Below, one piece after another: positions 27,880-39,566 of a DNA stretch of 64,000 nt (the first letter of the stretch is position 1; each line of letters begins with the position of its first letter). The DNA is from Malacoraja senta (taxonomy: Eukaryota), in the NCBI GenBank assembly GCA_038087875.1, contig CM075995.1:6140001-6204000 (forward strand), read 5' to 3'. The notes under the pieces are model-generated. The model had not been told where the DNA came from, did no database searches, and was given only the letters and a program-made list of their open reading frames with translations. The position numbers and the translations under genes are program-made.

Positions 27880-27980
27880 TCTATGGAGCGAAGGAAATAT
27901 GCAATGTTTCGGGTCGAAACCCTTCTTCAGACCCGGCCCGAAACGTTGGCTAATTCCTTCGCTCCATAGATGCTGCCTCA
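27880..27980. repeat. Fold-back Penelope-type repeat with a hammerhead core on the minus strand (27903-27930); continues at 30141
   Basis: tctatggagcgaaggaa..ttccttcgctccataga is inverted. Minus strand reads CTGAAGA-A-GGGT-TTCG-ACCC-GAAAC. Confidence 0.7.
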
Positions 27981-30140
27981 AGCCCTGTCCCACTGTGCGA
28001 GTTCACTCAAGAGCTCTCCCGAGTTTAAAATCTCTGTGTAGCATCTCTGCCCCTATCTTCAAATTCCCACTTTGAAATAAAATACAACTTTCGACTTAAA
28101 AATTAGTCGATTCCCACGCATTTTCAATCATCGTTCGATTCAGTGTAATTTTCACACCTGGTTGATATAGTTTTTTTTTAAGGATACAGTACATTACAAT
28201 AAATAGTTTCAAGCATACCCGGTACTAAACGCACGAACATTAAGGTGGTTACTGATGTTACAAACGGTTATAAATGAATATAATTTCAAAGTGAAATAGC
28301 AGATTTCTGTGGAAAGAATATTTAACCAGAATATGGTGAGGTCGCTGCAAAATGCTCACTTAAAACAATACGCTGTCAACTCAGGATTGTTTCTTAGCCC
28401 TCTGACAGGTGTTTCAATCTCACCTCGTAGCTCGCTGTTAATCGATTCATAGCTATTAATTTTCATTCCTGGTCCATATCGAACTTCTCCAAATGCAAAC
28501 GCTTCAAGTTACACTTCTTGTGTGGTGGTAAGGGGGGGGGGGGGAATGCTAGGATAAAATACCATATATTTACATTTATATAGCGATCCTGCTGCGAAAT
28601 TTTTAAGTCGAAAGTTGTATTTTATTTCAAAGTGGGAATTGGAAGATAGGGACAGAGATGCTACACAGAGATTTTGATACGAAGGAAACATTACAGCAGC
28701 TGAGTAAAAGATCGGTCAAATGGTAGGTTCAATGAGGGGGATTGGCGGTGGGGGAAAAGTATCTATAGCTTGGGACTTGCCTAAATGAGTACTGAGATGG
28801 ATTATCATTCCACACCAAATTTCTTAGACAATAATACCTTTTATGCAATTATCACAATAGTTTGTTGGATATGGATCAACAGACTCTGTATGGTACATGC
28901 TCGTAAATTAGTAAAACAAATGTTCTTCTTTAAGTACTGTTGTTTCTGGGATGGGGGTGACTGATAACAAATAACCTACATTCTATATTTTGTCATAATG
29001 TGGCTGAAACAATGGCATATTTTGTGATATTTATTGAGATAGAAAGATACAACTGAGTTTGGGCAAGATATTACCTTGCAACATTCTGTATGTCTGATAG
29101 ATATTGTGAAAAGGAACTCAGAAATTATGGGAGGATTACATAAAACTACAATTCAAAGGTAATGAATATACAGAGTATTCTCCATTTCCATCATGAACAT
29201 ACAATAGTGATATAGGACACCAGGTCCTACTACGGTAAACTCACGAGCTACTACGGTATGACTACGTGTTAAAAATTATCAAATTTTTACATCCTGAGTA
29301 TATTTTACATGTGGACATTTTTCAACATGTTGAAAAATCTTCACGAGCTACCACGTTTCCCGAGTACCTGCTGTTAGCGCTAAGAAATCGCATGTTGGCC
29401 TTTATAACAAGAGGAATCGAATATAGGAGCAAAGAGGTCCTTCTGCAGTTGTACAGAGTTCTAGTGAGGCCGCACCTGGAGTATTGTGTGCAGTTTTGGT
29501 CCTCTAATTTGAGGAAGGACATTCTTGCTATTGAGGGAGTGCAGCGTAGGTTTACAAGGTTAATTCCCGGGATGGTGGGACTGTCATATGCTGAGAGAAT
29601 GGAGCAGCTGGGCTTGTCACTCTGGAGTTTAGAAGGATGAGGGGGATCTCATTGAAACATACAAGATTTGTTAAGGGCTTGGACATGCTAGAGGCAGGAA
29701 ACATGTTCCCGACGTTGGGGGAGTCCAGAACCAGGGGCCACAGTTTAAGAATAAGGGGTAAGCCATTTAGAACGGGGACGAGGAAACACTTTATCTCACA
29801 GAGAGTGGTGAGTCTGTGGAATTCTCTGCCTCTGGTGGTGGAGGCAGGTTCTCTGGATGCTTACAAGAGAGAGCTAGATAGGGCTCTTAAAAATAGCTGA
29901 GTCAGGGGATATGGGGAGAAGGCAGGAACGGGGTACTGATTGTGGATGATTAGCCATGATCACATTGAATGGTGCTGGCTCGAAGGGTCAAATGGCCTAC
30001 TCCTGAACCTATTGTTTATTGTCTATTGAAACGTCCCGAGCTCCGATGTACCCACTACGTTCATTCTACGTGTTTACGAGTTTTGATTTTTTTTAAACTC
30101 GGGAGAGCTCTTGGGTGAACTCGCATTGTGGGACAGAGCT
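27981..30140. mobile_element. Harbinger/PIF-like non-autonomous element
   Basis: 50-bp TIRs (agccctgtcccactgtgcgagttcac.. at 27981-28030 and 30091-30140), 3-bp TSD TCA, internal 22-bp palindrome at 29317-29338. Confidence 0.8.
29388..30028 (+). mobile_element. CR1 3' fragment inside the Harbinger-like element
   Basis: LVRPHLEYCVQFW, RTRGHSLR; (CTATTGT)n tail. Confidence 0.9.
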
Positions 30141-31935
30141 TCACACCCGCTGAGTTTCTCCAGCATTTTTGTCTACTTTCGATTTTCCAGCATCTACAGT
30201 TCCTTCTTAGACGTTTTGCAGTGATGGCTGCATCTGCAGTTCCTTTCTGTTGGGAGGGGGTGGAAAAAGTCCTGACCCGTGGCGGCTCCTGATAAGTGAT
30301 ATGTTCCCTCCGCGGGTGCTGCCTTGCCCGTTGAGTTACTCCAGCACTCTGTGTTTTTTGTTTGGCTCTGAAGTTGAAGGTGGACCCCCTGTGTCCACCT
30401 TCAACTCCCTGTCTGTGGTGGCTCAGCGGGACGGGCAGGGGCTCTGGGGAGAGGGTTGCGGTTCTGGTCGAGACCCTTCTTCAGACAATCATAAGTACTC
30501 TCACCGACGAGAGTTCAGTTCAGTCTGAAGAAGGGTCTTCTCTCCAGAGTCGCTGCGCTGCCTGTCCTGCTGAGCTACTCCAGCTTTTGTCTATCTTCAA
30601 TTTCAGAGTTAGATAAAATTGCAGACTTGATTTTTTAAATCTCAAAATTTTGTAACATTTCTAGAAAATGTACCCACATCTTGGAGGCCAAAGGTTAGGT
30701 TGTTAGCCAAGAAAGATAGACTTTGTTATCCATCAGTACAGCAACATCAAGAACGATGTTGCTGTACTGAGGTATAGCCAAGTCTATCCCTCATTGCTAG
30801 CAGCTGATGGGAAGCGGCTGTAAAGTGGGAAGCGGCTGAAAAAGGACAGCGCTGCTGGGGGATGGGGGGGGGAGTTCCTTTCACAGCGTGTGGGTAGTCT
30901 GTCCAGGGGTAAAGTTGCGTGGAGGGCAGGAGGGTTGAGAAGGAGGGGGTCGGCCGGGGATCATCCAGCTCAAGAGCGGGTCAGCGGGCGATGGATAACA
31001 GGACAGCGGGCGGTGGAGCTTACTCCATATGTCATTGCGAGTAACCTCAATTGATCCCTTGTTCGCGCTGACACAAGAGTAAGCTCCTCCGCCCGCTGTG
31101 ATGTTATCCATCACCCGCTGACCCACTCCGCTCTATGATCTTTGCTCTTGAGCTGGTCCCCTCACTGTTCAGACGGAGAGCACTGCCAGAGGTGAGCAGG
31201 CCGGCAGAAGGCGCTGAGATGGCTGTCGGTTCCGCTGTCCAGAGATGGAGGCCGCTCATAGCCACGCGAGCTGCTTCCCTCCCCGGCAACAATGCGGTAG
31301 CGGTGAGTGAGTGTTACTGGCATGAACCCGACCCTCTCCTTCTCAATGCTCCTTCCCTCCTCGCAACTTTATCCCAGGCTAGACACCCCACACTCTGTGA
31401 AAGGAACTCTCCCCCGAATTGTCATGTTACTCACGACACGCGACTCATTTATAATGATTTATTTATATTTCTACGAAAATTTTTCCCAATTGGGCCCCGC
31501 ACCTCCTAAGGCCGGCCCTGGTTGGGGGAGTCTCGAACCAGAGGCCACAGTTTAAGAATAAAAGGTAGGCCATTTAGAACTGAGATGAGGAAAAACGTTT
31601 TCACAGAGAGTTGTGAATTTGTGGAATTCTCTGCCTCAGAAGGCAGTGGAGGCCGATTCACAGGATGCATTCAAGAGAGAGTTAGATAGAGCTCTTAGGG
31701 TTAGCGGAATCAAGGGGTATGGGTAGAAGGCAGGAACGGGGTGCTGATTGTGGATGATCAGCCATGATCACAGTGAATGGCGGTGCTGACTCAAAGGGCA
31801 GAATGGCCTACTCCTGCACCTATTGTCTATTGTCTTTTAACAAAATAAGCTGACTTTATGAGTTACAAAGTCAGATTTTTCTACAACCAGGTGCACATTT
31901 CACAGCATCAATACATAAAATTATTTATAAATTAC

Positions 31936-32122
31936 CTGTGGACTTTTCCTCCATAGAAAGGTTTGGTATGGAATGTGACAGCAGCAGAGTACCCCGATTT
32001 GGTACAGTGTATATTAACTTTACCTCCCAGTTCTACCCAGGGAACAGTCAGTATGGAACGTGCATAGGCACAAGGCAGTGTAAAAACATATTCCTCGTCA
32101 TGTTCTCCAAGGAAAAGGACAC
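31936..32122 (-). CDS. OSBPL10: Oxysterol-binding protein-related protein 10, internal coding exon (187 nt)
   Basis: Encodes [50 protein letters not shown]. Acceptor ttttacag, donor AG|gtaat. Phase is compatible with the upstream exon. EEYVFTLP and GGKVHR favour ORP10 over ORP11. Confidence 0.93.
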
Positions 32123-32424
32123 CTGTAAAAGATGGGAAGGCACTGAAAATTGTAATCTCACAGAATGCAAAGTAGAACAAGTGAATATCAGAAAAATAAT
32201 TTTGTGGGAGAGAAAATGAAAGAGCAATATTACAAATAAAGTGATCTTTCTTTTCTGTATACTCTTGTTCCTGCACATTTTATATTGAAAACAGAGGACA
32301 ATGTAGAATTAAATGTCTGCAACAAATTGGTGGAAGAGGACAAAGAGAAAGCAGCTGATTGGGAGTCAGATCCCTGCTGATTTCCTCCACCAGTTTTGTA
32401 TTGTATCCAGGGTAAGGGGGGAGT

Positions 32425-33360
32425 ATGAGGGCCAGGGCAGTTTACTGTTCTGGATGTCAGATGTGGGAGGTCATGGAGTCTGATACCCCTCCAGACGTTC
32501 ACATCTGTGTCAGGTGCGTAGAGATGGGGTTCCTAAGGGACCGTGTTAGGAACCTGGAGCAGCAGCTCGATGACCTCTGTCTGATCAGGGAGAGTGAGGA
32601 GGTCATAGAAAAGAGTTATAGGGAGGTGGCCACTCCAAGACCACGGGAGGCAGACAAGTGGGTCACGGTTAGGAAGGGCAAGGGGCAGAGGCAGGGACTA
32701 GTGAGTACCCCGGTGGCTGTACACATTGAAAATAAGTACTCCTGTTTGAGTACTGTTGAGGGGGACAGCCTTCCTGCGGGTAGCAACAGCGGCCGGGCCT
32801 CCGGCACAGAGACCAGCCCTATTGCTCAGAAGGGTAGGGAAAAGAAGAGGAGGGCAATAGTAATAGGGGACTCTATGGTTAGGGGGTCGGATAGGCGATT
32901 CTGTGGATGCAGTCAGGAGACCCGAATGGTAGTTTGCCTCCCTGGTGCCAGGGTCAGGGATGTGTCTGAACGCGTCTAAGATATCCTGAAATCGGAAGGA
33001 GAGGAGCCTGAGGTTGTGGTACATATAGGTACCAATGACATAGGTAGAAAAAGAGAAGAAGTCTTGAAAGGAGAATTTAGGGAGTTGGGAGGAGAGTTAA
33101 GGAGAAGGACTACAAAGGTAACAATCTCAGGATTACTACCTGTGCCACGCGACGGTGAGAGTAGGAATGGAGTGAGGTGGAGGATAAATGCGTGGCTGAG
33201 GAACTGGTGCAGCGGGCAGGGATTCAAATTTCTGGATCATTGGGACCTCTTTTGGGGAAGGTGTGACCTGTACAGAAAGGACGGGTTGCACTTGAACCCG
33301 AGGGGGACCAATATCCTGGCGGGGAGATTTGCAAAGGCTACTGGGGAGACTTTAAACTAG
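32425..33360 (+). pseudogene. CR1 ORF1 (Zn-finger, coiled coil, SGNH esterase-like), one stop at 32977-32979
   Basis: CSGC..CVRC, VIGDSMVR, HIGTND and DGLH; ORFs 32425 and 33016 share a frame. Confidence 0.88.
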
Positions 33361-33499
33361 AACGGTTGGGGGGAGGGACTCAAATAGAGAAAGCTAGTGG
33401 AAAATGTGGGAGGCAGGAGGCAGAGAAGGGAAGCACTCGGACCCAAAATGTAGGGGAGAAAGAAGAAAAAGATAATAAACAGAGAATAATGGTGGTGGG

Positions 33500-36308
33500 T
33501 TTCTTAAATGTGTATATTTTAATGCTAGGAGCATTGTAAGAAAGGTGGATGAGCTTAGAGCCTGGATTGACACCTGGAAGTATGATGTTGTGGCGATCAG
33601 TGAAACATGGTTGCAGGAGGGCTGTGATTGGCAAATAAATATTCCAGGATTTCGTTGCTTCTGGGGTGATAGAATTGGAGGGGCAAGAGGTGGGGGTGTT
33701 GCATTGCTTGTCAAGGAAGATATTACAGCAGTGCTTTGGCAGGATAGATTAGAGGGCTCGTCTAGGGAGGCTATTTGGGTGGAACTGAGAAATGGGAAAG
33801 GTGTAGCAACACTTATAGGGGTGTATTATAGACCGCCAAATGGGGAGCGAGAATTGGAAGAGCAAATATGTAAGGAGATAGCAGATATTAGTAGTAAGCA
33901 CAAGGTAGTGATTGTGGGAGATTTCAATTTTCCACACATAGACTGGGAAACACATTCTGTAAAAGGGCTGGATGGTTTGGAGTTTGTAAAATGTGTGCAA
34001 GATAGTTTTTTGCAGCCATACATAGAGGTACCTACTAGAGAAGGGGCAGTGCTGGACCTCCTGTTACAAAATGAGACAGGGCAGGTGGCGGAGGTATGCG
34101 TCGGGGAGCACTTCGGGTCCAGTGATCACAATACCATTAGCTTCAATATAATTATGGAGAGGGTCAGAACTGGACCTAGGGTTGAGATTTTTGTTTGGAG
34201 AAAGGCTAACTTTGAGGAGATGCGAAAGGATTTAAAAGGAGTGAATTGGGACATGTTGATTTATGGGAAGGATGTAGAAGAAAAATGGAGGACATTTAAG
34301 GGTGAAATTTTAAGAGTACAGAATCTTTATGTCCCTGTTCGGTTGAAAGGAAATAGTAAAAAATGGAAAGAGCCATGGTTTTCAAGGGAAATTGGACACG
34401 GTTCGGAAAAAGAGAGAGATCTACAATAATTATAGGCAGCATGGAGTAAATGAGGTGCTTGAGGAGTATAAAGAATGTAAAAAGAATATTAAGAAAGAAA
34501 TTAGAAAAGCTAAAAGAAGATATGAGGTTGCTTTGGCAAGTAAGGTGAAAGTAAATCCAAAGGGTTTCTACAGCTATATTAATAGCAAAAGGATAACAAG
34601 GAATAAAATCGGTCCATTAGAGAGTCAGAGTGGACAGCTATCTGCAGAGCCAAAAGAGATGGGGGAGATATTGAACAATTTCTTTTCTTCGGTATTCACG
34701 AAGGAGAAGGATATGGAATTATGTGAGGTAAGGGAAACGAGCAGAGTAGCAATGGAAACTGTGAGATTCAAAGAAGAGGAGGTGCGGTCACTTTTGAAAA
34801 ATATGAAAACGGATAAGTCTCCAGGTCCTGACAGGATATTCCCTAGGACATTGAGGGAAGTTAGTGTAGAAATAGCAGGGGCTATGACAGAAATATTTCA
34901 AATGTCATTAGAAACGGGAATAGTGCCGGAGGATTGGCGTACTGCGCATGTTGTTCCGTTGTTTAAAAAGGGTTCGAAGAGTAAACCTAGCAATTATAGA
35001 CCTGTTAGTTTGACGTCAGTGGTGGGCAAATTAATGGAAAGGATACTTAAAGATAATATATATAAGCATCTGGATAAGCAGGGTCTGATTAGGAACAGTC
35101 AACATGGATTTGTGCCTGGAAGGTCATGCTTGACTAATCTTCTTGAATTTTTCGAAGAGGTTACTAGGGAAATTGATGAGGGTAAAGCAGTGGATGTTGT
35201 CTATATGGACTTCAGTAAGGCCTTTGACAAGGTTTCTCATGGAAGGTTGGTTAAGAAGATTCAATTGTTGGGTATTAATGGTGGAGTAGCAAGATTGATT
35301 CAACAGTGGCTGAATGGGAGATGCCAGAGAGTAATGGTGGATGGCTGTTTGTCAGGTTGGAGGCCGGTGACGAGTGGGGTGCCTCAGGGGTCTGTGTTGG
35401 GTCCACTGTTGTTTGTCATGTACATCAATGATCTGGATGATGGTGTGGAAAATTGGATTAGTAAGTATGCAGATGATACTAAGATAGGTGGTGTTGTGGA
35501 TAATGAAGTAGATTTTCAAAGTCTACAGAGAGATTTAGGCCATTTGGAAGAGTGGGCTGAAAGATGGCAGATGGAGTTTAATGCTGACAAATGTGAGGTG
35601 CTACATCTCGGCAGGACAAATCAAAATAGGACGTACACGGTAAATGGTAGCGAATTGAGGAATGCAGTTGAACAGAGGGATCTAGGAATAACTGTGCATA
35701 GTTCCCTGAAGGTGGAATCTCATGTAGATAGGGTGGTAAAGAAAGCTTTTGGTGTGCTGGCCTTTATAAATCAGAGCATTGAATGTAGAAGTTGGGATGT
35801 AATGTTAAAATTGTACAAGGCACTGGTGAGGCCAATTCTGGAGTATGGAGTACAATTTTGGTCGCCTAATTATAGGAAGGATGTCAACAAAATAGAGAGA
35901 GTACAGAGGAGATTTACTAGAATGTTGCCTGGGTTTCAGCAACTAAGTTACAGAGAAAGGTTGAACAAGTTAGGTCTTTATTCTTTGGAGCGCAGAAGGT
36001 TAAGAGGGGACTTGATAGAGGTCTTTAAAATTATGATCGGGTTAGACAGAGTGGACGTGGATAAGCTTTTCCCATTGAGAGTAGGGAAGATTCAAACAAG
36101 GGGACATGACTTGAGAATTAAGGGACAGAAGTTTAGGGGGAACATTAGGGGGAACTTCTTTACTCAGTGAGTGGTAGCTGTGTGGAATGAGCTTCCAGTG
36201 GAAGTGGTGGAGGCAGGTTCGATGTTATCCTTTAAAAATAGATTGGATGGGTATATGGACGGGAAAGGAATGGAGGGTTATGGTCTGAGTGCAGGTAGAT
36301 GGGACTAG
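33500..36308 (+). pseudogene. CR1 ORF2 (APE endonuclease plus RT) with frameshifts and a stop at 36168
   Basis: [21 protein letters not shown] and YADD. Confidence 0.92.
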
Positions 36309-36807
36309 GGGGAAGTATTTACTTTTAATTAAAAAAAAAAATTAAAAAAATGTTCGGCACGGACTTGAAGGGCCGAGATGGTCTGTTTCCGTGCTGTTAT
36401 GGTTATATGGTTATATGGTTAAATGTTTGAAGAACAGCTTGTTTTACATTCTTGTGTCGGTTCTGATGCCATTACTTTCTTCATGTTCTTGTATGATCGG
36501 ACAGTTAATCAGGTTGATGATGCTTCAAAACCATACAGTAGATGTGTTTCAGTACCAAATATTAGCCCATGAGTGAAATGTTCCACAGAAACATTTTTAT
36601 ATATCTGTCTGTAACTGGAATCAGTTGCATGTATCCAACGTAAAATTATTACACACAAGCCAAATTAGAAAAATCCATATCCACTAATATAACGTTAGTA
36701 TGACCGCACATGAATCATTAAGTAATTTATTGCTGGGAAATTTGTGAAACTCAAAGTGAATAAATTCCCAGGACCTTATCACCTGCATCCCAAGATTTTA
36801 AAAGAGA

Positions 36808-37891
36808 CGAGACCAAGCGGGACCCGTTGGGTCCCTGTCACACGGGAGGGCTCATCCCCAAACGCAATATTCCACCACTCATCCATAGCCCCCAACTGCG
36901 AAGGCACGGCTCATTTCCCCTCATCCCCAACACTCCCTCCCCCACCTCTTCACCCTCCCTCTTCTCTCCCCTCTCCTCCTCCCCTCCCTCCCTCCTCCCT
37001 CACCTCTCCCTCCCTCTCCTTTCCCCTACCCTCAGTCACTCCCTACCCTCAGTGACACTCTCCCCCCTCCATAACCCCTCTCTACTCCCTAACCCCCTGA
37101 CCTGTTGGGCCCCGTTCCCCCAACGCATATTCCACCACATACCCGTTCCCCCAATGCAACCCATTTCCACCACTCACCTGTTCCCCCAACGCAACACGTT
37201 CCCCCAACGCAATATTCCACCACTCACCCATAGGCCCGAACTGCGCAGGCGCGGCTCATTTCCCCTCATCCCCCAACTCTCCCTCCCCTCCTCTTCTCTC
37301 CCCTCTCCTCCTCCACTCCCTCCCTCAACTCTCCCTCCCTCTCCTTTCCCCTACCCTCAGTCACTCCCTCCCTCCATAACCCATCTCCCCTCCCTACCCC
37401 TTTCCTCTCCCTCTATCTCCCTGCTACCCCACTCCACACCTCTCCCCTATCCCACTCCGCCCCACTAAACACAATGTTTAAATAACATTTCTCCTCCTCC
37501 CCTCCCCCACTCCCTCCCTCTCCTTACAACAATGTAACAAATCTCTCATTGCACTGGGTGTAACACCGCTGACGGGCAGTTTATGTAAATGAAATCCCAT
37601 TGTGACTTCATAGCTGCTAACTGCCAGTGCAGATGAAATACATTTTTCTCAAAGTGGGATTTTCTAAGGTTTTACATGTGAATAACTTGTAAAATGTACT
37701 ATCAATCTGAACGAAACTTGATACACAACACCACAGGCCAATTGTGAGTAAGGTGGTGCAAAAATTGTAGCGGTATCGTGTACCGTTTTGGTGTCGTTCC
37801 GTAGGCACATGGGCAGACATCCACACACACAGACAGGCACACAGACACCCGCATGGAAACAAACAAGATGAGAGTATTCGTAATATTTTGA
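36808..37891 (-). mobile_element. Non-autonomous Helitron
   Basis: 5' TC at 37891; 3' hairpin GGGACCC-AAC-GGGTCCC followed by CTCG (a CTAG variant). Inserted between A and T with no TSD. Removal restores the old CR1 frame HPKILKE|IAKQIV. Confidence 0.8.
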
Positions 37892-37917
37892 TAGCAAAGC
37901 AGATAGTGTGCACACCT

Positions 37918-38135
37918 GATTAGTTTAGTTTAGTTTAGTTTGGTTTAGTTTAGTTAGGTTTTGTTTTGTTTGGTTTGGTTTAGAGATACAGCTCAGAAAC
38001 AGGCCCTTCGGACTACCGAGTTCGCACCAACCAGCAATCCCCATACATTAACGCCATCCTACACACACTAGGGACAATTTACAATCTTTAACAAAGCCAA
38101 TCAACCTACAAACTTGTACGTCATTGGAATGTGGC
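37918..38135 (-). mobile_element. tRNA-SINE 3' portion with (ACTAA)n tail
   Basis: Matches 43208-43380. Confidence 0.8.
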
Positions 38136-39067
38136 GCCCCTTGTCACCTTTCTAAATTTCATGGACTCTGGACTGAAAGACAGCACAGTAATCCTCTAAT
38201 TTAAGAAAAGGGGAAGAGAAACCATGGACCGACAGACCAATTAGCTTAACACCTAAAAGGGAATATGCTGGAAGGAAGTGATAATTGGTTACTTAGAAAA
38301 TGGGTGAAGTCAACTTACATTTGAGAATGGAAAAGCACGTCGAACAAAACTGTTAGAGTTATTGTAACAAACACAATAGATAACGCCAAACTATTGGATG
38401 TACTCTATTTTGACTTTCAGAAGGTGCCGCACAAGCGATTATTGAACAAAATCTGAGTACAGGGATTGGAGGCCTTGATTGAAAATTGATTAACAGACAG
38501 AAAATAGAATGCAAGAAGCTATGACCAGTAGGGTATCACAATTGTTCACATATCTTTGTCAATGATTGAAATGAAGGGACCAAGTGTAATATAATCAAGC
38601 TTGTTTATGATTCACAGCTGGGTGGCAGGGGAAGTTCTGAGGAGGATGCAGAGAGTCTTCACTAGGGAGTGGCGCTCATAACAGATGGGGCATAATGTGG
38701 ACAAATGTGAGGTTATCCACTTTGCCAGAGATTGGATGAAATCAGGAAGGTGGTAGAGGCAGGTATTCTCATAACATGTGGATGTGCACTTCAATCACAT
38801 CAAGGAGGCTGTGTACCAGAGTTTGGTAAATAGGATTATTGTAGCAAGGTTCTTAATCGTCAGCATTATCAAGGTGGGCTGAAGGGCCCAATTCTGTGCT
38901 GATGACACTCTGACATAAATATCGAATTTGGATCAGCACAGAATGAAAATTACATTTGGAAATTCGATTGTAAGTAGCCAATAATAACTCATTATTGTAG
39001 CTTTTTGCAATCCTGCACGACACATTAGAGTTAGATCTAAATTGATTCATTTCAAAACTCTTCTTAC

Positions 39068-39566
39068 CTTCCCCTGCCATCGTGACCCCGATGGACATCC
39101 CCATAAATTTGCTCTTGGTCCACACATGTGCATTTACACACATTTTTCTTTCCTTGCATTCGCAGTAAAAACCGGAAACTGGTGGATGATGGGACACTTG
39201 TTCTGCTGTAAATCTCACATTGTAGATTTCAGTAGAGTCCTTGCAAGTCTCAAAGGCCTGATGGATCTTGGACTGGTCCTTGGCAATGGTTAAAGTGCTG
39301 TTGACTCCACTGGCTTTTACTTTATTTTTAGGCACATTCCAGGAACAGTGGAAAGTTTCTCCAATTATTGGATTATAGGGTTTTTTTGCCACTGCCCCCT
39401 TTCGGCCCTCGTGGAATGCAGTCAGGTAATATTCCACAAAGCAAATAATCCTCTCTTCAGCTGTGGTACCTGCCGTGATCGACACAAACATGTCTGCGTG
39501 GGCCATGAAGTTTGCATACATTTCCAGCAATGATCTCTTCTCTAAAATAAATGTTGGAAGCACCAC
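39068..39566 (-). CDS. OSBPL10: OSBPL10 internal coding exon (499 nt), ligand-binding domain
   Basis: [30 protein letters not shown] and the OSBP signature EQVSHHPP. Acceptor atag|GTG, donor G|gtaag. Phase 1 joins the 32122 exon as Gly. Confidence 0.95.

Larger units (their letters stand above)
26184..31520. mobile_element. 5.3-kb non-autonomous hAT element
   Basis: TIRs CAGGGCCGGCCCTAGG / CCTAAGGCCGGCCCTG. 8-bp TSD GTTGGGGG at 26176-26183 and 31521-31528. Removing it restores the CR1 frame MFPMLGESRTRGH. Confidence 0.93.
22704..31835 (+). mobile_element. Near full-length degenerate CR1 (ORF1 ~22915-23815, ORF2 ~23990-26183 and 31521-31745), interrupted by a hAT element
   Basis: CxxC..CxxC, VVGDSIVR and GTND esterase-type ORF1. 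EN (NARSIRNK, ITETWL) and RT remnants. Tail (CTATTGT)n at ~31820-31835. Confidence 0.92.
32410..36420 (+). mobile_element. Near full-length, relatively young CR1 LINE
   Basis: ORF1 plus ORF2, 3' UTR and (GTTATATG)n tail. Confidence 0.95.
36730..38900 (+). mobile_element. Old, highly degraded CR1 (host of the Helitron and a SINE)
   Basis: PGP..LHPKILKE, gactttcagaagg and gacaaatgtgaggttatccacttt remnants. Confidence 0.7.

Noticed and set aside
1..31900. Next OSBPL10 exon (VTAEVK..GEWNG)
   Set aside because: Not found by eye in the non-repeat gaps; probably outside the window, though a tBLASTn search is needed to exclude it.
38853..39067. C-terminal extension of the 237-aa ORF
   Set aside because: Read-through past the G|gtaag donor; homology continues in the 32122 exon.
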